In this document: positions 13,955 to 26,479 of the stretch, piece by piece | Numbering within the stretch: the stretch's first letter is position 1 | Layout of the letters: each line of letters opens with the position of its first letter | DNA from: Octopus sinensis | Taxonomy: Eukaryota | Length of the DNA stretch: 64,000 bases | Assembly: GCF_006345805.1 (NCBI RefSeq) | Contig: NC_043004.1 | Location: 13,888,001 to 13,952,000, forward strand | Reading direction: 5' to 3' | Made by a program: the position numbers and the translations under genes | Notes under the pieces: generated by a model | Seen by the model: the letters and a program-made list of their open reading frames with translations, nothing else | What the model was told of the DNA's origin: nothing | The model's database searches: none

Positions 13955-14017
<63 letters not shown>
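13947..14017. repeat. (TA)n microsatellite
   Basis: Directly visible. Confidence 0.95.
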
Positions 14018-14021
<4 letters not shown>

Positions 14022-14330
14022 GATCACAGCATATAGGTACACTACGACATAATTTCTCCTCCTCAACAGGCTCTGCCCTGTTTAACATTGTCCCGAGAGA
14101 GATCAAAGAGGAAAAGGATACCATCACCTTTAAACGGAGTCTGGACAGATTTCTTCAAGGAATACCGGATAAGCCACCCATACCTGGCTACAACTCACTC
14201 AACAAGAACTCACTGCTTGAATGGACTATAAACAAAACTTGACTTAAACAGGATTAAGATAATCCTATTAAGTGGTGCTGTTAAGTTAGACATGGCTTTA
14301 GCAATCTTTGGTCGAAACATATTTATGTTT
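14018..14330 (+). mobile_element. 5'-truncated non-LTR retrotransposon 3' end (CR1/L2-like ORF2 C-terminus plus 3' UTR) next to (TA)n
   Basis: Open frame 14018-14242: SGSQHIGTLRHNFSSSTGSALFNIVPREIKEEKDTITFKRSLDRFLQGIPDKPPIPGYNSLNKNSLLEWTINKT*, with the LFN.LP...FK..LD.FL..IPD.P motif. The clade assignment is tentative. Confidence 0.75.
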
Positions 14331-14359
14331 ATCCAAGTTTATATATATATATATGTATG

Positions 14360-14625
14360 TATGGTTGTTGTGATTCGCAGACCATGCGGTGGTTTGTGTT
14401 TTTGAGCAAAACGCTTTATCACTTCAGCTTTTGTTGCTCTGCAATCACTACAAAATCTCACATGTGGTACACTGTGCACCATTACTAGCGAGACCGATTT
14501 TGTGGAGTGAGTGAGCTAATCTATAGGACAAATATTCGATCACTATAAACATACAATATGTCAACGCTGTACAGCAAGAAGTCGCGAAACCCTCATCTGA
14601 TGTCTACGACAAGAGTGTCTACTGC
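14360..14625 (+). mobile_element. Degraded SINE-like repeat with a CORE-like segment (tttgagcaaaacgctttatc)
   Basis: Similar to the ttcttgagcaaaacatttcatttc segment of the SINE-like piece at 21000-21135. Confidence 0.45.
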
Positions 14626-14989
14626 ATACACACACACACATGCACAAAAACATGCGTAAGTCTATATGCAGAGTACTACACATACCTTTTATTAATAACT
14701 GGATATTCCGTTCCTGGAGCGAACCTATTAGTTCCACAATGATGTGCTTTTCTCATTTGGACTTAAGGTCAATTATCACAGCCTCACAAACAGTTATTTA
14801 TAAATAGAGTAAAATATATATGGAGTTTGAACTATAACGCCACTGTCTAATGAGATACGCTATGGCGGAACTAAAAGTTCAAATGTAGAAGTAGAAATCC
14901 AGCTAGTACCACAATACCGCACATTAGGTATAGATGTACGTATATGGATGTGGATATATGTGCGCACCATTGTGTACGTGTTTGCGCAT

Positions 14990-15271
14990 ACATACGTTCA
15001 TAAACACGGATATATATACATACATACATACATACATACATACACACATACACACACAGACACAGACACAGACACAGACACACACACACACATATATATA
15101 TACATACGTACATATATATATATATATATACGTGTATATATATATATATATACGTATATATATATGCACACACATATATATACGTTTATATATATGTGTG
15201 TGTGTGTGTTTGCATGTGTATATATGTGTATATATATATACGTGTATATATATATACATATATATATATAC

Positions 15272-15347
<76 letters not shown>

Positions 15348-15417
15348 TGGACCGGTAAAGACAGATATACATAAACAAGTAGACGCATACTTAAACATAC
15401 ATGTGTATGTGCGTGTA

Positions 15418-15461
<44 letters not shown>

Positions 15462-15520
15462 GTATGTATATGTATATGTATGGATATGTGTGCATGTGTG
15501 TGTGTGTGTATGTATACGTG
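14990..15520. repeat. Large compound microsatellite (TA/CA/CATA/CAGA/GA)
   Basis: Directly visible; it produces the many spurious overlapping ORFs in the track. Confidence 0.95.
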
Positions 15521-15639
15521 TACACTTTTATTATCTCTTTCTGAGAAGTTTGAATTATTTCCTTTCTTCTATGTCACTGAAAGGTTAATCCATGGGAAGC
15601 AATTTTCTGTTGGTGATCTAGCTTAAGGGTGATCTATAT

Positions 15640-15840
15640 ATAATATATATATAATTTAAAAAATTTTAAACTTTATTAAATTAAAATTTTTAAAATATTT
15701 TAAAAAATATTAAAATTTATAAATATAAATTAAAAAAGTTTAATTTAAATACTTTAAATTTAAAATTTTATATATTTATATATTTGCTCAAAAACACAAA
15801 CCACCGCATGGTCTGCGAATCACAACAACCATACATACAT
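15640..15840 (-). repeat. Inverted chimeric duplication of 16464-16600 joined to 14353-14410
   Basis: 15783-15840 is the exact reverse complement of 14353-14410; 15640-15777 is the near-exact reverse complement of 16464-16600. Confidence 0.9.
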
Positions 15841-16216
15841 TTGTCGCCTCTATTAGCGACTGATTTTAATAAGATACTTGCAACATGCATTTCCGATTTC
15901 ATTTCTTATCTATAGTTAAAATTCCAATTCGAAACGAAGTAATTTTCTTAATCGAAGCAACATGTCGGTGCCTTTATATTTAGCAAACAAGTATTAATTA
16001 ATTTCTCATGAGTTTTACTGCTATATGATTTCTTAGCTGTGGTAGCAGAAAGATTTATGTTGGTGACAGCGTTAATTCGTGAACACGTTGCCAAGTCAAT
16101 TAACATGTTATGAGACTGAAGGTGGATGAGTCGGTCCGTTGAATAGCCAAATATTGGAGTTGATGGCTTTTTAAGGAAATAGGACATGTACGTATATGCG
16201 CGCATGTGTGTGTCCG

Positions 16217-16312
<96 letters not shown>

Positions 16313-16330
16313 CGTATACACATGTATATG

Positions 16331-16375
<45 letters not shown>
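16217..16375. repeat. (CTAT)n + (TA)n microsatellite
   Basis: Directly visible. Confidence 0.95.
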
Positions 16376-16377
<2 letters not shown>

Positions 16378-16600
16378 TAAACTAAAGATAAAACCACTAT
16401 TAAGCAAATCAAACAATGAAAAAACATAAACGAAAACATAAAATAAACATAATATAATACGCAAAATATATAAAATTTTAAATTTAAAGTATTTAAATTA
16501 AACTTTTTAAATTTATATTTATAAATTTTAATATTTTTAAAATATTTTAAAAATTTTAATTTAATAAAGTTTAAAATTTTTTAAATTATATATATATATA
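16374..16600 (-). mobile_element. Terminus related to the PLE repeat at 30581, followed by an almost pure AT tract
   Basis: aaattaaactaaagataaaaccactattaagcaaatcaaacaatgaaaaac resembles attaaattagagacaaaaccactattatgcaaatcaaacaaagaaagac at about 30588-30640. Confidence 0.6.
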
Positions 16601-16616
16601 TATATATATTATTATA

Positions 16617-16670
<54 letters not shown>

Positions 16671-16880
16671 AAATTCTATAATTATGAGTATGATTATAAT
16701 TAGGGTTCAGCAAAATTTGCGTCACTAAATACCGAAAATTAGAAAGAGCATTAAAACTACTATTAGAAATAGCAGTTAATCTACTATTTTACTACCATAA
16801 GATATCTCCCAGACAGCAATACTCAACAACTCACGCAGGCAAAGAGAGAAAAAATAACAAATCCACCCGGCTCTGATTAA

Positions 16881-16961
16881 CTGTATACGCGTTTCGGAGT
16901 TAAAGAGGTGTGGAAAATATAAAATCATATTTCTACTCACTCATTCTCCTCCTCAGTATAG
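16881..16961 (-). ncRNA. Type I minimal hammerhead ribozyme motif with extended stem II
   Basis: Minus strand: ctata-CTGAGGA-GGAG-[46 nt]-CTCC-GAAA-CGCG-TA-tacag. Core CUGANGA/GAAA is intact, stem III is the palindrome ACGCGT, the cleavage triplet is GUA, and stem I has 4 of 5 pairs. Confidence 0.75.
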
Positions 16962-17264
16962 TATTTCAAGATTTTAAATTTGAGAGTACTGATAATTAAC
17001 ATACGCATTTGACCAAGCGTCACCAAACAGCATATTTCCAAAGACCAGTACTTCCAAATTCAAACAGACGAGATCTCATTGACTTTGAAGTAGGTTTTTT
17101 TGGCATTTTCCGCCCTACGTGTGGTAAATAGTAGTAGTAACAGAAAGGAGGAATTTAGATTATCCCCAGGTGGTTAATTGTAATATATATAAAGAATTAA
17201 AAAAAAAATACGCGCACGTTACATAGTTTTAATATAATTTTTAATATATCGACCGGTTTCACTC

Positions 17265-17833
17265 AACCCCAGAAACAGTGAGGCATTCAACACTATTGTG
17301 AAAAATCTTCCTTTACTAACAAGAGATCCAAAAATAAACGACACCCTAAAAACACACAAACTCATCAAATACAAAAAGCAAGACAAATCACTAAAGAGAC
17401 TACTAACAAACGCGAACCTTTACAAAACAACCACGAAAGCAACGGTTTAAAAATGTGGACACCCAAACTGTGGAACCTACCCCAACTTACTTGAAGGCTC
17501 GGATTTCCTTTTCAAACAAGGACAGAGGTTCACAATTAAAACTAGTTTCACTTGTGCCTCAGAGAACCTAATTTATGTAATAACCTACTCGGGTTGCAGA
17601 CACAGCTATATTGGACAGAAAGAGAACCACTCTACATAAAGAGCAAATCCGTTTCCCGCAATACAGGCAAATTCCTCTCAGTGAACATATAGAAAAATGT
17701 GCAGATAAAATCAAACCAAATTTCAGTCTTCTCCTTCTACCAGTGCACAGACACAATCTCTCCACAAGAACGTTTAAATAAAGGAACTTCTTTCATTGAA
17801 AAATACAGATCACGTCTGAATATGCACGCATAA
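17265..17833 (+). mobile_element. Penelope-like element fragment: linker plus GIY-YIG endonuclease, disrupted
   Basis: Reads NPRNSEAFNTIVKNLPLL...KCGHPNCGTYPNL...RFTIKTSFTCASENLIYVITYSGCRHSYIGQ, then after a frameshift TTLHKEQIRFPQYRQIPLSEHIEKC. LIY...YIG and the upstream Cys motif are typical of Neptune-type PLEs; one in-frame stop and frameshifts. A hammerhead tail (gaaaccggtc) lies inverted at 17251-17260. Confidence 0.85.
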
Positions 17834-18249
17834 CCAACATTTATCATTTTACATATTTCAATTCACGATTACATCACTGTACATAAATCCCCTCACAAAA
17901 CAAATTTTTTTCAAACCTTTTTGTTTTGTCTATACATATATGTTCCCCTCTGCCTACTTAATTCATAAGTTGGTAGAGTTCTACCAAATTACGAGGCAAG
18001 TTTACAGGACAAAGATTCTTGCATCAGCTTCTTTGCGTATTTATGCATGTTTGCATGTATGAATATGTATATAAAAATATATGCATATGTATACATATAT
18101 GGATATGTAAAAGATATAGGCTTGTGTATATCCACACACACACGCACACACATATATACACATAAATGTTAATATATCTCCTTATATATGAGCATATCAA
18201 TATACATGCATGTAAGTGTAAGAGTGAATAAATGTATGGAGATCTTTCT

Positions 18250-18284
18250 ACCCATCTATTTATCTATGTATCTATGTATGTATG

Positions 18285-18353
<69 letters not shown>

Positions 18354-18394
18354 GTCCGTCCGTCCGTCCGTCCGTCCGTCCGTCCGTCTGTCTG

Positions 18395-18432
<38 letters not shown>

Positions 18433-18478
18433 CATTCATCCATCCATACATACATACATACATATGTGCGCATGTGAA

Positions 18479-18510
<32 letters not shown>

Positions 18511-18705
18511 TTTGATTCTGAGTGCCTATTGTTATATGTTGCAAGCTGTATTCCTTTTAAACAGACATAGGCGTTAACACGCAAATACACTCTGATGCAC
18601 ATTTATAAAATTCTACGCTGAGAATTTAAGAGAGAGAGAAGGAGAGAGTGGAGAGAGAGAGAGAAACAGGGAGAGAGTGGAGAGAGAGAGAGAGAGAGTG
18701 AGTGA
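18250..18705. repeat. Compound (CTAT)n/(CCGT)n/(TG)n and (AG)n tracts
   Basis: Directly visible. Confidence 0.9.
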
Positions 18706-18954
18706 GTCCAGAAATGTGTGTTTAAAAATTGTTTAAAATATACAGAAGCGAAGAGGAAGAAAGTTAAATGTGGCAGACGAGACGAAGAGCAGTAGGGAAG
18801 AATAAAGAGAGCCAATGAACAGGGAGAGCCAATGACGGAAGAAAATGGAAGGTCTTAGAAAATTTAAAATGGAGGATTTGAGAGGCGGAGGAGAGACAAA
18901 GAATCTTATTTTAAGAGAGGAGCCCACAATAAAGTACGATAAGAAAACATAACG

Positions 18955-18968
18955 TATTCATACATACA

Positions 18969-19004
<36 letters not shown>

Positions 19005-19309
19005 TGTATGTATACATATATATATGTATGTATACATATATATATACTTACACACACACACACACACATATATATACATAAATACATACATACATACATA
19101 CATACACACATGCATACAAACATGCGCACACACAGACATACACACTTATAAATTTACATACATGCAGAAGCATATATGTGGATATGTATTGTATGTATGT
19201 ATGTAGATATACACACACGCACACACATATATGTACATATATATGTATATATATTATATATACATATGCATAAGGTACAGAAACGTGAAATTAAGTATAT
19301 ATATATACA

Positions 19310-19345
<36 letters not shown>
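18955..19345. repeat. Compound (CATA)n/(CA)n/(TA)n microsatellite
   Basis: Directly visible. Confidence 0.9.
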
Positions 19346-19350
<5 letters not shown>

Positions 19351-20483
19351 GTACGTATATATTCACTTTCACGTTATATGTGTGCAAATATATACACATA
19401 TATATGTATACATCAATACATATAACGAATGTGTGTGTGTGGTGTGTGTGTGTGTGTGTGTGTACAATCATTGATAAAGGCTGTAACAAAGCACTAGAAA
19501 TACACAAAAAATTTTATACAAACATAAAATTACATAGATTAAGGTAACACTATTTAGACATATCAGGCGCGTTTCCAACTATGTATGATATTCATAGAGA
19601 GAAATACAAAAGCACAAACAAGTACATAATTATTGAATGACACTGGAAGCGTAAACGAAATTAAAAATGAAAGGGAAGCCACCAGGTCGAAGACGAGTGC
19701 CTGACACGAACGTGAAAATTTAATTAGAAACCGCGAAAAGAAATGTTTGTTGAATTGTGCCTGAAGATAAAGTGGAATAGACAAACACAATAATAATTCT
19801 ATTGAGACATTAGATAATAAAAACAAGTAAGCAAACGAAGGAATAATAAAAAGAGTTGTAGAAAGAGGTAACTGCATGTGATAAAAGGAGAGAAAATAAA
19901 TCGTAAAAGGATATGAATTTGATGGTGGTGGTAGAAGAATGATGATGATGGCGACGGGAAAGATAGTGGTGGTAGGGATGAAGGTGGAAAGGAAGACATT
20001 TTTATTTTTTTATTTCTAAACAGGTGTTAAAGATTATGAATACGTGGTGAAGAAAGCGGGGAATATTTAAAATATTTTAACGATTGTCTGTGTTTTCAAG
20101 TGTAAAATTTTCGAGGAGACATACAGGTGACAGAGTTCATCACTGTTTTTGCTGCTGCTGCTTGGTGTTGTTTTTGGCTTTGTTTTTGTTATTGTTGGTG
20201 TTTTTCTTCTTGGCGGTTGTGGTGGTGGTTTATCTGTTTGCCAAAAGGGAAATCACAGTCTATGATACTTTACAGGCTGCCAAGATTGGTGTGAAGAAGC
20301 GTGAAATTTATACAGGAAACTGACCCCAGGCCCAATGCTTGCAACCCAATGCTGAATCATATGAAACGGATTTAAATTTCCAAATTGTGGTGTTAAATGG
20401 GGTTACGGTTGCCCGTCTACGTTCCGTGAAGGCAATGTAGCAGTTTGAACACATAGCATCAGGAACTGAAATAAGGTCCTCAA

Positions 20484-20645
20484 GCAGGAGTGGCTGTGTG
20501 GTAAGTAGCTTGCTTACCAACCACATGGTTCTGGGTTCAGTCCCACTGCGTGGCATCTTGGGCAAGTGTCTTCTGTTATAGCCTCGAGCCGACCAAAGCC
20601 TTGTGAGTGGAATTGGTAGATGGAAACTGAAAGAAGCCTGTCGTA

Positions 20646-20710
<65 letters not shown>

Positions 20711-20920
20711 ATATGTTTGTGTATCTGTGTTTGTCCCCCTAGCATTGCTTGCCAACCGATGCTGGTGTGTTTACGTCCTCGTCACTTAGCGGTTCGGCAA
20801 AAGAACCCGATAGAATAAGGAATGGGCTTACAAAGTATAAGTCTCGGGGTCGATTTGCTCGACTAAAGGCGGTGCTCCAGCATGGCCACATTCAAATGAC
20901 TGAAACAAGTAAAAGAGAGA
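20484..20920 (+). mobile_element. SINE family B, full length
   Basis: gcaggagtggctgtgtggtaag head, ggttcagtcccactg B box, internal (TA)(TG)n, family tail. Confidence 0.9.
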
Positions 20921-21172
20921 GTAAGCGATTCGCCCTGGCATTTCGACGATTCTGCCGACATTGAACTGGGAGGTAATATCATGGACACCGAAAATCAAAG
21001 GTGAGTGGCCTACTAGTTAGTGTTAACCATACGATCGACTGAAAGTGGTTTCGATTCTCTGACTGGGCGGAGAGTTATGTTCTTGAGCAAAACATTTCAT
21101 TTCAGCTTGCTTCAGTCCACTCAGCTGTAAATGAGAAATCATTTCTCCGAACTGAGACGCCAATTTCATTCT

Positions 21173-21402
21173 TATTTCTTTATTGCCCACAAGGGGCTAA
21201 ACATAGAGGGGCAAACAAGGACAGACAAAGGGATTAAGTCAATTACATCGGCCCCAGTGCGTAACTGGTACTTTATTTATCGACCCCGAAAATATGAAAG
21301 GCAAAGTCCACCTCGGCGGAATTTGAACTCAGAACGTAACGGCAGACGAAATAACGCTAAGCACTTCGTCCGGCGTGCTAACGTTTCTGCCAGTTCGCCG
21401 CC
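21173..21402 (-). mobile_element. SINE family A with 7-bp TSD
   Basis: Full family A unit flanked by tcattct at 21166-21172 and 21403-21409. Confidence 0.9.
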
Positions 21403-22543
21403 TCATTCTGGAGGAATGTTGTGCTCTTTGTCACTAATACACAGAGAAAAACAGGTGAACAAACCCTATAAGTTATAGCACTCGAGACAGAAATGTCCAA
21501 TGACGATGATTATGACGAGGCGGATGAAAACCGAACTTCATCAAGGATCGATTTAAAATTAGAGAGAAGAGAGGCTGAGAAAATGCGAAGATTTGTATAC
21601 GACGTTCTGAAGGTATCTCCTAGTTCACCTTTGTTATTTGTTGATGTTTGTTATTTTTGTCATTGTAATTTTTGTTGTTGCTGTTGTTGATATTTAACTT
21701 CAGATCAATTCTGTGTGAGCAGACCAATGAGGAAAGACATTCGGCTCCTTGGAATCCTGTCATTTCAGAGGCAAATAGGATTATATTGTTTAATATGTGC
21801 TTATACAAAGAAGGTACGCTTTGATTTGAAATAAATTTGCTATTTCCTGCAATGTCTTAGGTCACATTTGTGTGCTGTTGGTAATACATAGCCCAGTAAA
21901 ACCTATCGCATGGTCAGATCGCCGGTGAGTAAACCAGCAATCAGACGAAGCTTGCTTAGTGAGAAGGGTGATTATTGGACATCCTGTGGGATAAAAAACA
22001 AAACCCGACAAAGGTCAGAACTCAGGAGAGTCAACGGCCTTCCAATATTGAGTAAGAAACGAAAAGAGGAGAAAAGGTTATAACTACCTGGTATATGAAA
22101 AGATCAAAGGAAATTACAAGGGTGAGATGGAGGCTAAAAAAAATCAACCAAAAGGCAGTCGCACGAGCTATGTTTTGTATTTCGAATAATACGACTGAAT
22201 TACGTACCAAGGTTGATTGTGGAAGTCGATCGTATAGTGAATGCCGACTGGTTGAGATTGGTTCTTCAATCCTGTCGAATGATGATGATGGCTTCCAGCA
22301 AGGTGAACTCCACCGTCGGCTTGTGTTGTTGCTATTATTGCGCATCAGACAAAATGCATAGTGGTATTTGTTCCAATTCTTTGCATTTTGAGTTCAAATC
22401 CTACCGAGGTGGACTTTGCCTTTAATCTTTTTGTGGTCATTGTAATAAACCATGAATTAAACACTAGGGTAGTTGTTACCGACTAATATCATCTCAAAAT
22501 GGCTGGCCTTTGACCTCAACAAGAATCAATAATTTATATATAT

Positions 22544-22585
<42 letters not shown>

Positions 22586-22594
22586 TATATATAT

Positions 22595-22625
<31 letters not shown>

Positions 22626-22628
<3 letters not shown>

Positions 22629-22815
22629 GGGAGAGTTTACGAAAAAAACAAAAGTCGAAGACAGGTGGTGTACAAAACAAACAGATGTATTAGTATAGCG
22701 CTCAGTAATAGAAAAAGTCTTTTACGTTTCGAGGCTACGCTCTTCTACAGAAGGGGACACAGAAAAAACTAGGAGAGAAAAAAATGTGTGTAGTGGCTAA
22801 CGAACTATCATGGTG
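22626..22815 (-). mobile_element. PLE-type terminal repeat (copy 1) with hammerhead-like motif at 22719-22754
   Basis: Begins next to (TA)n; duplicated at 23089-23285; minus strand cctt-CTGTAGA-A-GAGCgtagCCTC-GAAA-CGTA-aaag. Confidence 0.7.
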
Positions 22816-22859
22816 ACTAAAAAGTATATATATATATATACTTTTTTTTTACACGCATA

Positions 22860-23057
22860 CTTGTTTCAGTCATTTGACTGTGGCCATGTTGGAGCACCGT
22901 CTTTAGTCAAGCAAATTGACCCCCAGGGCTTATTCTTTGTAAGCCTAGTACTTATTCTATCGGTCTCTTATTCCGAACCACTAAGTTACAGGGGGACGAA
23001 CACACACCAGCATCGGTTGTCAAGCGATGCTTGGGGAACAAACAGACACACAAACGT

Positions 23058-23080
<23 letters not shown>
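22860..23080 (-). mobile_element. SINE family B 3' half
   Basis: cttgtttcagtcatttgactgtggccatgttggagcacc...ggggaacaaacagacac. Confidence 0.85.
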
Positions 23081-23088
<8 letters not shown>

Positions 23089-23093
<5 letters not shown>

Positions 23094-23285
23094 GGGGGAG
23101 AGTTCACGAAAAAAAACAACAAAAGACGAAGACAGGTGGTGTACAAAACAAACAGATGTATTAGTATAACGCTCAGGAATAGGAAAAAGTATTTTACGTT
23201 TCGAACCTACGCTCTTCTACAGAAAGGGACGCAGAAAAAAACAAAGAGAGAAAAAATGCATGTAGTGGCTATCGATCTATCATGG
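23089..23285 (-). mobile_element. PLE-type terminal repeat (copy 2) with hammerhead-like motif at 23191-23227
   Basis: Close paralogue of 22626-22815; minus strand ttt-CTGTAGA-A-GAGCgtagGTTC-GAAA-CGTA-aaa. Confidence 0.7.
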
Positions 23286-23404
23286 CGAGATATATATATG
23301 ATATTGTTGTTAATGTTAGATGAGCTGGTGGTGGTGGTGGTGATGTTGAAAGTGGAGGTAATTTTAATAGTAGTGAGATATGAAACTCTCGGCAAAAATA
23401 GAAT

Positions 23405-23770
23405 TATTATTATCCACATACTCTGAGTTCAAATTCCGCTGAGGTTGAATGCCTTTCATCTTTGCGGGTTCGATAAAATAAATACCATTCGAGAACTGGG
23501 GTCGATGTAAAAGACTGCCCCCCCCCCACCAGAATTTCGGGTCTTGTGCATATAATGAACTGGTCCTTATTTATATAATGCCACTGAGCTCACAGAATCG
23601 TTTAAATGCCGAGCAAAATGCTTAGCAATATTTCGTCCGTGTGTACATTCTGAGATCTAATCCCACCAAGCGCAACCTTGCCCTTTATCATATCGATGCC
23701 GATAAAATAAGTATTAGTCAAGTATAAGAGACGATGTAATCGACCTATCCCTACTTTCAAAACCATTTTT
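23405..23770 (+). mobile_element. Two degraded SINE family A copies
   Basis: Family core at about 23420-23520 and 23605-23765. Confidence 0.7.
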
Positions 23771-24654
23771 ATCCACAAACACACTCGTGAATAAGGACAC
23801 ATTTGTATACATCTGCTACCACTCATTCCACTCATGCATACACCCAAAGACATACACACAGATACACACACGCATGCACACACACCCATGCATGCACGGA
23901 AACACGCACACACACGTTGATATATATATATGCAGGAAGATGTACACACAAATATAATTTACTGCAGTAACACCATTGCTATTATTGGCATTGCGTTGCT
24001 AAAGAAATGAATGAATCAGAAATCTGAAGACCAACAATAGGAGTAATACCACTCTATGACCTTTAACACTTATGATCTTCTTTGTTATCTATTGGTGAAG
24101 AAAGAAAATATATTTATCATTTATAAGAGTTTACCAGTAGTTTTTAAACAATATTCCGTGATTTTCACACCTGCTCAGATTTATCGTTATTGAAATCAAA
24201 AGAAAGAAGTGAGGTTTATACAAACCGAAATAAGTAAAAAAAAAAAGTATAAACATTTAAAAATGTAAAAACTGCTACAAAAATATACAAAGAAAAGTAA
24301 TTTAAGAAAGCTTCATTATAATTGGAATGCAATGGGTGATTATAGCTTGGTTCTTAGAATCTAGCTTCGCATCAAGTACAGATCTTGTTTCTTTGTATTT
24401 AGCTCGAGAAAGCTAATACGTTATTAAGCAATTGGTTATCTCGAAATGTGTTCACATGTTGAAGGAAACCTGTGATAAAGATGCATTTATTCAACCAATG
24501 CATCATCATTTATATAGTTAAATCACATTATAGAAGCGACTATTATCTCTTTTCTAAAGAAGATATTGCTAACATTTCTCATCGTTAAATTTTCCAATTT
24601 AAAATTCATGAGAAAATACTGAAAAGTAGAAATATATCAATTCATTGTACCTTT

Positions 24655-24880
24655 CTCTTGCTTGTTTCAGTCATTAGACTGCGGCCATGCTGGGGCACCG
24701 CTTTGAAGAATTTTTAACCGAACATATCGACCCTGGTATTTTGATTTTTAAAACTTGATACTTACTCTATCAGTCTATTTTGCAGAAAAACTAAGTTACG
24801 GGGACAGTAAACACACCGCCCCGGGTCGTGAAGCGTCGGTTGGGAGACAAATACAGACACATGGACACACGCACACACAC
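24655..24880 (-). mobile_element. SINE family B 3' half
   Basis: cttgtttcagtcattagactgcggccatgctggggcacc... Confidence 0.8.
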
Positions 24881-25557
24881 ATACACACACTTTTGTCCTT
24901 AAGTGACAAATGTATTCCGACGTCTTACAAAATTTTCACGTCTTGATAATATCTTCGATGAAATATGGAGAAATTTAGAGAACATATCAACAATAATTAA
25001 CTACATTTTACTGTAAAATGTTCGGCTCAGCGGATATGCTTTTATTGTCATAGTAAAAAAATATTTTTAGTTATTCAAAATGCTTCTATATATTTTTTAA
25101 CAGTTGCCCTAGCAACTGGCTGATTGTTGACTTGTGTTTTTACTATTGCTTTTACACAGAATTATATTTTTGGCCAGTAGCACTGTCTACGAAAAGTATT
25201 CTCCCTATTAAGGGCATACCACAGTGACCTACATGTAGTGGAGTAAAAATTGCATTTTGTAATATTTTAAGAATAATTACTCTTGGAAAACTTGACTGCA
25301 AAAATTAATAAATTCCCATGACAATTTATTTCTTCTAATTATCTCAAATATTCTCTTAGAAGATCAAATTTAATATTTAGTTTCTTAGCCAACCCTTATG
25401 GAGGAACTGTCTAATTTGATTTATATCAATATTAGACTTCTTGACTGATTTGATTTTTTTTTAGCAGCAACCAGTATTCTATCTAGACATTCGTTTATGA
25501 TTTGACGTTATTTCGAATTTAGAAAGTACGGACATTTCTGAGTTGTTTGGAATCTAT

Positions 25558-25785
25558 GTTGTTTGCTTCTTCTCGAACCACGCCTGGCTCATTAGGGCCG
25601 GTTTTCCGGTTTCCTTGGGATGTAGGTTCCCCACCTGGACAGGACGCCGGTCCGTCGCATACCGGAGCCGCGTGGAGCTTACGTTATTCGCTCATAAACA
25701 CAGACATCGCCCTGTCTGTGATTCGAACCCCGCGATCCCTCGACCGTGAGTTCGCTGCTCTAACCACTAGGCCATGTACCTCCAC
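25558..25785 (-). mobile_element. tRNA-derived SINE family C, full length, 13-bp TSD
   Basis: Minus-strand head tggcctagtggttagagcagcg (A box) and ggttcgaatc (B box); flanked by gtttggaatctat at 25545-25557 and 25786-25798. Confidence 0.92.
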
Positions 25786-26479
25786 GTTTGGAATCTATAA
25801 ATGATATATATTATTGTCTAATGTTAAGAGGATAGTCCAAAGAAGCAGTCAGCGAGACTTAATTTTCGGTATAATCTTATTTAACCTGGATGTCTGTCTT
25901 AGTGATTGATGGTCAGTGATAAATTCAGAATGTTTCTATGTAGGAACTGAATGAAAGTGAGGAGATCGAATTTAGAAAAATAATCCATTTTTTTCTTTAT
26001 CTATCTGCAACCAGTTATGTACATTTATTTTGGTGCGTGAACTGTGGATATTCATCCTCTATATTCGTGTGGTAAAAGAAAGAATTGCTCCAACATCAAG
26101 TGTCTTGTGTTAAAATTAGAAGCAAATTTTCATTACATTGTTTAAGTTCTGTAGTCTCAAATCAGTAGACACTTTAAGTCTTAAAACTTCCTTAATAATT
26201 GTCTGATTGGTTTTCTTTCATTCTAAATCGTGAAAGCGTGCTGTAATATTTGCCATTTTTTTTAGTGAATGTGCGATAATACCCGACATCCGAAATAAAT
26301 GCTAATATTTCAATCGATTTTTTGGGGGGAATTAGAAAATATTTAATACCATCGGTATTCTTTCCGGATTAACTTTTTCCAGATGCACGAATCAGATAAC
26401 CGAGATATTCAATTTCGGCCCCATTTTTGTCTTTGAGACAAGCTGCAACGTTGTAATTCTTTAAATATTGGTTTCCAAT

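Noticed and set aside
14871-15588. Many overlapping 60-150 aa ORFs (YIYI, CVCV, HTHT); similar ones at 18188-19547, 34077-35517, 36504-37483, 56443-56897 and 58453-58981
   Set aside because: They are translations of dinucleotide and tetranucleotide microsatellites, which lack stops in several frames.
25700-25785. tRNA gene (also the heads of SINE families B and C elsewhere)
   Set aside because: A and B boxes are present but there is no complete cloverleaf; the head continues into a SINE body bounded by TSDs.
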